From Candidatus Heimdallarchaeota archaeon (GTDB lineage Archaea > Asgardarchaeota > Heimdallarchaeia > Hodarchaeales > Hodarchaeaceae): a stretch of DNA of 64,000 bases. Location of the stretch: positions 3,288,118-3,352,117 of the forward strand of contig CP070695.1 in NCBI GenBank assembly GCA_020353515.1, written 5' to 3'. A model generated the notes under the pieces. That model had not been told where the DNA came from, made no database searches, and saw only the letters and a program-made list of their open reading frames with translations. The position numbers were made by a program, and so were the translations under genes. Positions 58,709-64,000 of the stretch are shown here, piece after piece (the stretch's first letter is position 1; every line of letters begins with the position of its first letter).

Positions 58709-59980
58709 TCATTCTGATGTACCATCTAATGAACTTGGAGACGATAGGTACTTGGAGAGTAATTCGTGTACCCTTAGAAATTCCTCTTCTTCGGGGGTAT
58801 TCTCCTTTAAAATTGAAGCTAATCTTTGAACAGTTTCATTTCCCTGCAATTCACCTATTTTTGTGAAAAATCGATCGAAGGTGGATGCATCGACTTCGGC
58901 CAGAATATCACCAACCCGAGCATAATAATCTTCTGTAATTTCACTATTTGATAATAGATCAATTAAGATAGGAAAACTAACTAGACCTCTTGACAAACAT
59001 GCTTCCTTAATAACTGCTTGTTCCTCTTCGGGTGCTTTTTCTAAATGTGAAATAAGAATTTTAAACGAATCTTCACTCGAAATTTCTTGTAAAGCATAGA
59101 TTGTTTGTAATTTTGTGTAGTCCCCTGTTGAATCGTTGTTCAACAACTCGGTTAAAGTCGGAGTTCCACTGTCGTGTTTTGTCTTCCCCAAAAGCTCAAC
59201 AAATCCACCACGCTGTATATCATTTTCAGAATTTTGAATTGCATTAATTAAATTGGGGATCGCCATTTCCTTATATCGTCCCAAAATAGCACGAATCATT
59301 TGGTCTGTCCGTTGATCAAATTGGCCAACCATTGCTATAAGAGGTTCAATTCCACTCTCATTTTTCATTTCTTCTAGCGCGTATCCTGCAGAAACTCGTA
59401 CTTCAACCTCAAGGATATCATTAGTTAGAGCTTCATACATCTTTTCCCCTGCAGGTGAGGCGTACTCTTTCATCGCAGCGAGGATAAATGCATACTGTTG
59501 TTTCATATTTGCAGGTGCCTCATCATACTTGTCTAATATTGAAGGAATCCGCTCTGGCCAACAGGCTTCCCACATGGCTTTTTTGTGACATTTCTCAAAC
59601 ACACTTGCGTCAAAAGGCGCAATTTGTTCAGCTTTACAAGTAAAAGTAAGACGTTTTCGTAGAAGAAAAGGACATTTTGTCCGATAATTCATGTAAGGGA
59701 CATTTGTACGCCATGATGCGAATTTATAGGCTGTTATTTCGAACCAACGAACAACAACAGAATAAGAAAATATGAAAAGCAAAATAGTTCCAATTAATGT
59801 TCCTAGTGAAACACCTAGAAAAAGGTGAACGAGTCCTCCTAAAACCTCATAATACTGAAAAAATAGTATCCATAATATTATCGTAAACATGGTCATGAAA
59901 ACAGCATTCATTAAGTCAGATATGAAACTAGGTGGCGCAGGAGTTGAATTAGGTACACTTTCTGATTGATTTAATTCCAT
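58709..59980 (-). CDS. Membrane-anchored HEAT-repeat protein with a Cys-rich linker
   Basis: Two N-terminal TM segments; CPFL...C...C...C; HEAT-like VRVSAGYALEEM, TKLQTIYALQEI. Confidence 0.75.
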   Translation of the reverse strand: MELNQSESVPNSTPAPPSFISDLMNAVFMTMFTIILWILFFQYYEVLGGLVHLFLGVSLGTLIGTILLFIFSYSVVVRWFEITAYKFASWRTNVPYMNYRTKCPFLLRKRLTFTCKAEQIAPFDASVFEKCHKKAMWEACWPERIPSILDKYDEAPANMKQQYAFILAAMKEYASPAGEKMYEALTNDILEVEVRVSAGYALEEMKNESGIEPLIAMVGQFDQRTDQMIRAILGRYKEMAIPNLINAIQNSENDIQRGGFVELLGKTKHDSGTPTLTELLNNDSTGDYTKLQTIYALQEISSEDSFKILISHLEKAPEEEQAVIKEACLSRGLVSFPILIDLLSNSEITEDYYARVGDILAEVDASTFDRFFTKIGELQGNETVQRLASILKENTPEEEEFLRVHELLSKYLSSPSSLDGTSE

Positions 59981-60473
59981 CGTTAAATGCCTCCTTGGAA
60001 TAAATGAAAGATAATTGCATTAATATAGTTTGGTAACGAAAAACTAATTTAAGTTATGAATTTTTTGAATTGTGCTTAAAAATAATAAAGAAAAATGGAA
60101 GAAACCAAAGATCAAATATTCTCAGTCTTAACTTTCAATTAGTTACTATGATACATTGAGGTTTTAATTGGAAATAAAGTCGTCAAACTCTAATTGTACA
60201 CAAAAAAAGTTAAACAAGAGTGTTAAGGAACTCTAGTTTTACCTATCTTAAAGATGAAAGTTCTAGCCTATCCTAATTCCATCTCCTTCTAATAGGTATT
60301 CCATATCTCCATATTTTGAATGATAGATTTGCGAAGGGATATTATTAAGTATAAGGAGATAACATGTTCCTATAAGAAGACACAAGGATTACACTTACAG
60401 AAATAGTAATAATCCCAGAGATTACAATTAGTTCATCCAAAATTCAGTTCTCCGTAACATAATCTGGTGAATA

Positions 60474-60797
60474 TTAATCTTCTTTGTATTGAATTTGAAC
60501 AAGAAATGTTTTTGGAGGTAAAGGCTTAAAATACGGTATTAGTCCTTTGATATTAAAATTATTAGTCTCCTTTTTACTCATATAAAGGAGAATTGCGAGT
60601 TCGATAGGGATTAAGATTAACAAATCTGCAAGAATCAATGTAAGCAGAAGAGGAAATCCTAATGCCTCTACAATTGGGGCAGCTAAAATATCAAACATCA
60701 AAATTAGCAAAATTGGAAATAGGTGCAAAAATATTGATTTACCGATTGTCATTTGATCAATATGATCTTTCGTTACAGTAAATACCATTTTATTCAT
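60474..60797 (-). pseudogene. Truncated membrane protein (resembles the N-terminus of CPBP-family proteins)
   Basis: SIFLHLFP...LIPIELAILLY, ending abruptly after 107 aa with no catalytic motifs. Confidence 0.45.
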
Positions 60798-60914
60798 CTT
60801 TTTTCATTACGTGTGTTGTAAAAGCTAGATTAAGAGGAAAAATCCGAAAGAGAAGTTTTAACCTCAATTCGATGATTCATCTATCAGCCTTCTTACTTTC
60901 TTTGCGAATTATAT

Positions 60915-62111
60915 TTAATTTCTTTGTAGATATTCTCTGACATAAAGTCCTAGAAAGATAATTCCAATAGAGAAAAGTGCAATTCCAGTTATTTTGAAAA
61001 TTTCAGCGACTTCCACAAACTGTAGTAAAGTTTGACTAAATAATGGCGAAAAGAATTGACCTAAAAATAAAAATGATGTGAAACCACTCAATATTCGCCC
61101 TCTTACTGTTTCTGGAATATCACCAACTAGCCATACTGTGATATTGGGTACCAACAAACCGAATCCTGATCCTGCAATTAACAAACTAAGAATCACAAAA
61201 GCGTGTGTGGTAGAAAGCGAAATCATAAAAAAACCCATCCCAAAAAGACCAAATGCTAGGATGAAAATGACCCTAAAGTTAAATTTCTGTTTAACCTTGT
61301 TATAAAATAGCGCTACTATTCCCCCTGATAAGGTAAGAGAAGCAAGTGTAATTCCTACTACATCAAGATTAAGTGAAAGATATTGAGTCAGAAAGAATGG
61401 TAGCTCAGTCACACTTGTAAAAAAGAAAATTTGTACAACAAAAATGAGGAGATAAATGGTAATTACATTCTTATAGGGAATTCTCTGTTTCTTATCCAAG
61501 TTTGTATTAATGTGTTGTTTACTCTCTGTTTTTGGTTCAATCAAATATTTTAACATACCTGGTAAAAGAACCAAGGATCCTAAATAAAGCAAAAATGGTG
61601 TCTGCCAGCTTATGACCGCTAAAAATCCACTCCCAGTTAAAAAAATTACTCCCCCAAAAGCCATAAATGAAGCCTGATAACCCATCACTTTATTTCTCCG
61701 AATGTCCTGATAGTAATCAGCAATCAAGGCTGTGCTAGTGGTCATTATACCTGCCACGGCCACTCCAAGAAGAAATCGTCCAATAAAAATCAATAAAAGT
61801 GAATTTAAATAAAAACCAGAACTACCAGTGACCCCATAAAGGATCGTCGACACAATTAGTAAGTTCTTTCTACCCCATTTATCAATTATCACTCCCATAA
61901 ATGGAGCTCCCATAGCAATGGAGAAAGCTGGGATCGTTAGTATTAATCTTACTAGAATTTCGATATTAGGGACATTTTGAAAATATATTTTAATTTCAGG
62001 AAGGGCAGGTGCTATTGCCGCTGTAGCCATAGCAGTCAGTGTACTAGCAAAGAGTAAGACTATTGTTGTCATTGGTGCATTGGATTCTTGATTAACTGTT
62101 TTAACTACCAT
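60915..62111 (-). CDS. MFS transporter
   Basis: About 12 TM segments; IDKWGRK motif A; GRFLLGVAVA; RGRILSG. Confidence 0.9.
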   Translation of the reverse strand: MVVKTVNQESNAPMTTIVLLFASTLTAMATAAIAPALPEIKIYFQNVPNIEILVRLILTIPAFSIAMGAPFMGVIIDKWGRKNLLIVSTILYGVTGSSGFYLNSLLLIFIGRFLLGVAVAGIMTTSTALIADYYQDIRRNKVMGYQASFMAFGGVIFLTGSGFLAVISWQTPFLLYLGSLVLLPGMLKYLIEPKTESKQHINTNLDKKQRIPYKNVITIYLLIFVVQIFFFTSVTELPFFLTQYLSLNLDVVGITLASLTLSGGIVALFYNKVKQKFNFRVIFILAFGLFGMGFFMISLSTTHAFVILSLLIAGSGFGLLVPNITVWLVGDIPETVRGRILSGFTSFLFLGQFFSPLFSQTLLQFVEVAEIFKITGIALFSIGIIFLGLYVREYLQRN

Positions 62112-62303
62112 GATAAATCACATCAAGAAATCGTCCATGGACAGAATCAAACTCAAACATGTGAGCCAGGGGTTCATTATCAGCAATATCATTGATAGCT
62201 ATGATATCAACCTTTTTTTAACTTCTTTTTGCATCTGTAATAATGCACGTAATACTAGACGACCAATGCGTCCAAAGCCATTTATACCAACTTTCACTGT
62301 CAT
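62101..62303 (-). pseudogene. gap: Frameshifted, 3'-truncated class I glyceraldehyde-3-phosphate dehydrogenase remnant
   Basis: ATG 62303 gives MTVKVGINGFGRIGRLVLRA... After a 1-nt shift near the A7 run (62213-62219) it reads VDIIAINDIADNEPLAHMFEFDSVHGRF, then stops at 62101. Confidence 0.88.
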
Positions 62304-62591
62304 TCTAATTCCTCTTAAATTTTTTTTCTTCCTTTTTTCTATCTAAAATACCTATTCTCAAAATTCTATTTCTTTCTCCTTGGGATTCCTGAAAGGGAAT
62401 AAGTTCCATCATATTGGAGAAGCCCACAAGAAAATTCCCTTATTCCGTTGGAGGGATATTTTTGCTGAATAACAACAGAATTCAGGCTATTCATCATTTG
62501 TATGATTTCTATTCTAACTCGTTTTAAATGTCTTGATTTACTGAATGTCTTCATTTAGAAATCTCCTTTTGCTAATTTTTCATATTCTCTC

Positions 62592-62915
62592 TCAACCATT
62601 CCATCTGAGAACTGCATTATTCACCAAAACTTTTAAATTACTGATCGATTTAACTTTTTGCACTAGTCTAGTGAGATCTAATTGATTTGAAAGCTCCACT
62701 ATTAGAACTTCAACTGACACACCATATTCTGTGGAAATTTCCTTTGCTATTGAGCTGATTATATCTTCTCTTCTTCCAGTGATGACTAAATTATACCCTA
62801 AATCAGCAAATCGATATGCAAAAGCTTTTCCAATTCCACTGGTTGCACCAGTTATTAATGCAATCTTATTTTCGGCTTTACTCATCAGAAATTCACCTTT
62901 TTTACGCATCATCAT
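62592..62915 (-). pseudogene. Truncated short-chain dehydrogenase/reductase (N-terminal part only)
   Basis: ALITGATSGIG...TGRR...LVNNA, then unrelated sequence and a stop; no YxxxK. Confidence 0.82.
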
Positions 62916-62942
62916 AATTTGGACTCTTTCTTTCCGGGCTTT

Positions 62943-63203
62943 TTAACTTGTATTAGGTGCAACAAGCTGTCTATGTTTGAACAAACGTTTTTTCTTTTTT
63001 CTCTCTGCTGGATCTTCGAATATCTCATCATCAGTTATCTCATAGAGGCGATAACTTGGTGTAATTCCGTAACATTCAGATTGGATAGCTAAATCAATCC
63101 GTGATTGGAGAGATTCCCTTCTATCAATTTGTGTCTTGCTTTTTCTAACACCTGAGTCTTTTTTATACCAAACCCAGGTTCCATGCCTAATATATATACC
63201 CAC
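62943..63203 (-). CDS. Hypothetical protein or gene fragment
   Basis: 86-aa ORF inside the fragment-rich region; no family recognised. Confidence 0.3.
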   Translation of the reverse strand: MGIYIRHGTWVWYKKDSGVRKSKTQIDRRESLQSRIDLAIQSECYGITPSYRLYEITDDEIFEDPAERKKKKRLFKHRQLVAPNTS

Positions 63204-63233
63204 TTGCGATTTTCTCCTTATTTATTTGAATTT

Positions 63234-63401
63234 CTAGATATAATAGACTACCTCATTTTGAAAGTCATCAAGCTTAATTCTCGATTGAATCAATTGTACC
63301 CAGAAGTCCATTACTAATGTGATCGCAAAAACAACTGTCATAATCGTTGCAGAAATAAAACCAATGTTATTAACATCGTTATTCAAAGTAGTATTACTCA
63401 T
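63234..63401 (-). pseudogene. Short truncated membrane-protein fragment (55 aa)
   Basis: GGTGA RBS, then MSNTTLNNDVNNIGFISATIMTVVFAITLVMDFW..., one TM segment and an early stop. Confidence 0.35.
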
Positions 63402-63416
63402 CCTTACTTCACCATC

Positions 63417-63812
63417 CTATGTAGGCCACTTCCAAGCATGCCAAATAATCAGAACATAGATAATAACTTCCACAATGGCATAAAAGATGTAGTAAGCCCA
63501 ATTCCCTGGCATAAGTAAGGTAATAATAATAACTCCAATAAAGACTATACCCAAGATAGTGTTTATCCAGCGATTTACTTTTTCCATCAATATCAGGGAG
63601 AGGAACACCATAAGACTCGGAATCGCCATTAGTATTGCGCTAAACACCAAAAATTCTGGAGTAATTTGTACTCCTCCAATTTCTCCTGTTAATAATTCCG
63701 CTAAGTTTCCTGGTTTATAAAATCCCAAAACATCCGCATATGAATAAAAAAACATTACTGATGTCCAGAGGGCTGATAGCTTTATCTTAACATTAATTTT
63801 CATATCTTCCAT
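63417..63812 (-). CDS. DUF6326-like small membrane protein
   Basis: KIKLSALW..MFFYSYADVLGFYKPG, MAIPSLMVFLSL, NRWINTILG, WAYYIF, AWKWP. Confidence 0.72.
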   Translation of the reverse strand: MEDMKINVKIKLSALWTSVMFFYSYADVLGFYKPGNLAELLTGEIGGVQITPEFLVFSAILMAIPSLMVFLSLILMEKVNRWINTILGIVFIGVIIITLLMPGNWAYYIFYAIVEVIIYVLIIWHAWKWPT

Positions 63813-63830
63813 AATTTATTCACCATTTTT

Positions 63831-63998
63831 TCAGTTGTATTGACCTAAAGATAACAAAACATCTTGGTTAAAGCCTTTGATTATTAACCAGAAGGCTATA
63901 ATTAATTCAAATAACAGGGTTGGAAGTGAAAGCACTACAGAAATGGGATCAAAGCCAGTATAGAATCCAAAGAATGATAAGAACGAATCTAACATCCC
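63831..63998 (-). CDS. C-terminal end of a DUF4386-like membrane protein (partial)
   Basis: ...LPTLLFELIIAFWLIIKGFN...; stop at 63831; 5' part lies outside the window. Confidence 0.55.
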   Translation of the reverse strand, partial: GMLDSFLSFFGFYTGFDPISVVLSLPTLLFELIIAFWLIIKGFNQDVLLSLGQYN

Positions 63999-64000
63999 TA

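Noticed and set aside
62213-62219. Programmed frameshift or phase variation at the GAPDH A7 run
   Set aside because: Even the corrected frame stops after ~67 codons, so slippage could not yield an enzyme
60830-62318. 10-bp inverted repeat TTAAGAGGAA/TTCCTCTTAA around the MFS gene and GAPDH remnant as transposon ends
   Set aside because: Short, AT-rich and not extendable; one copy is simply the GAPDH RBS; no target duplication or transposase
4195-62946. Many 60-145 aa ORFs nested in or antisense to longer genes (e.g. 5614-5859, 20718-21155, 30938-31324, 44983-45327, 62110-62346)
   Set aside because: They overlap well-supported genes and have no motifs; 62110-62346 is the antisense of the GAPDH remnant

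Overview
AT-rich, gene-dense 64 kb chromosomal segment of an archaeon, most likely an Asgard archaeon (Heimdallarchaeia/Hodarchaeales-like; this is an inference). Evidence: archaeal-type Nep1, Lhr, ADP-forming acyl-CoA ligase and GGTGA-type ribosome-binding sites occur alongside eukaryotic-signature-like proteins (four longin/uDENN-like, two roadblock-like and one gelsolin domain). Housekeeping and metabolic content: IleRS, a short bacterial-type AlaRS, NadE with an adjacent nitrilase plus a degenerate NadE paralog, a leucine-catabolic MCC/hydratase cluster with a split alpha subunit, peptidases, MtnA, Fpg, LarBC, YjjX, a flotillin with an NfeD-like partner carrying a regular His/Asp hexapeptide repeat, a beta-CASP nuclease with an unusual N-terminus and a KaiC/GvpD-like ATPase. 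The most novel-looking elements are fusions joining eukaryote-type trafficking or cytoskeletal folds to other modules: longin + pseudo-receiver, longin + roadblock, uDENN-like + TPR, and gelsolin + basic Pro-rich linker + Zn ribbon. The last ~4 kb is a co-oriented field of truncated or chimeric gene remnants, including a frameshifted bacterial/eukaryote-type (class I) GAPDH fragment missed by the ORF track. I recognised no tRNA, rRNA, CRISPR array, transposase or integrase. All family assignments come from motif recognition by eye; no searches were run.
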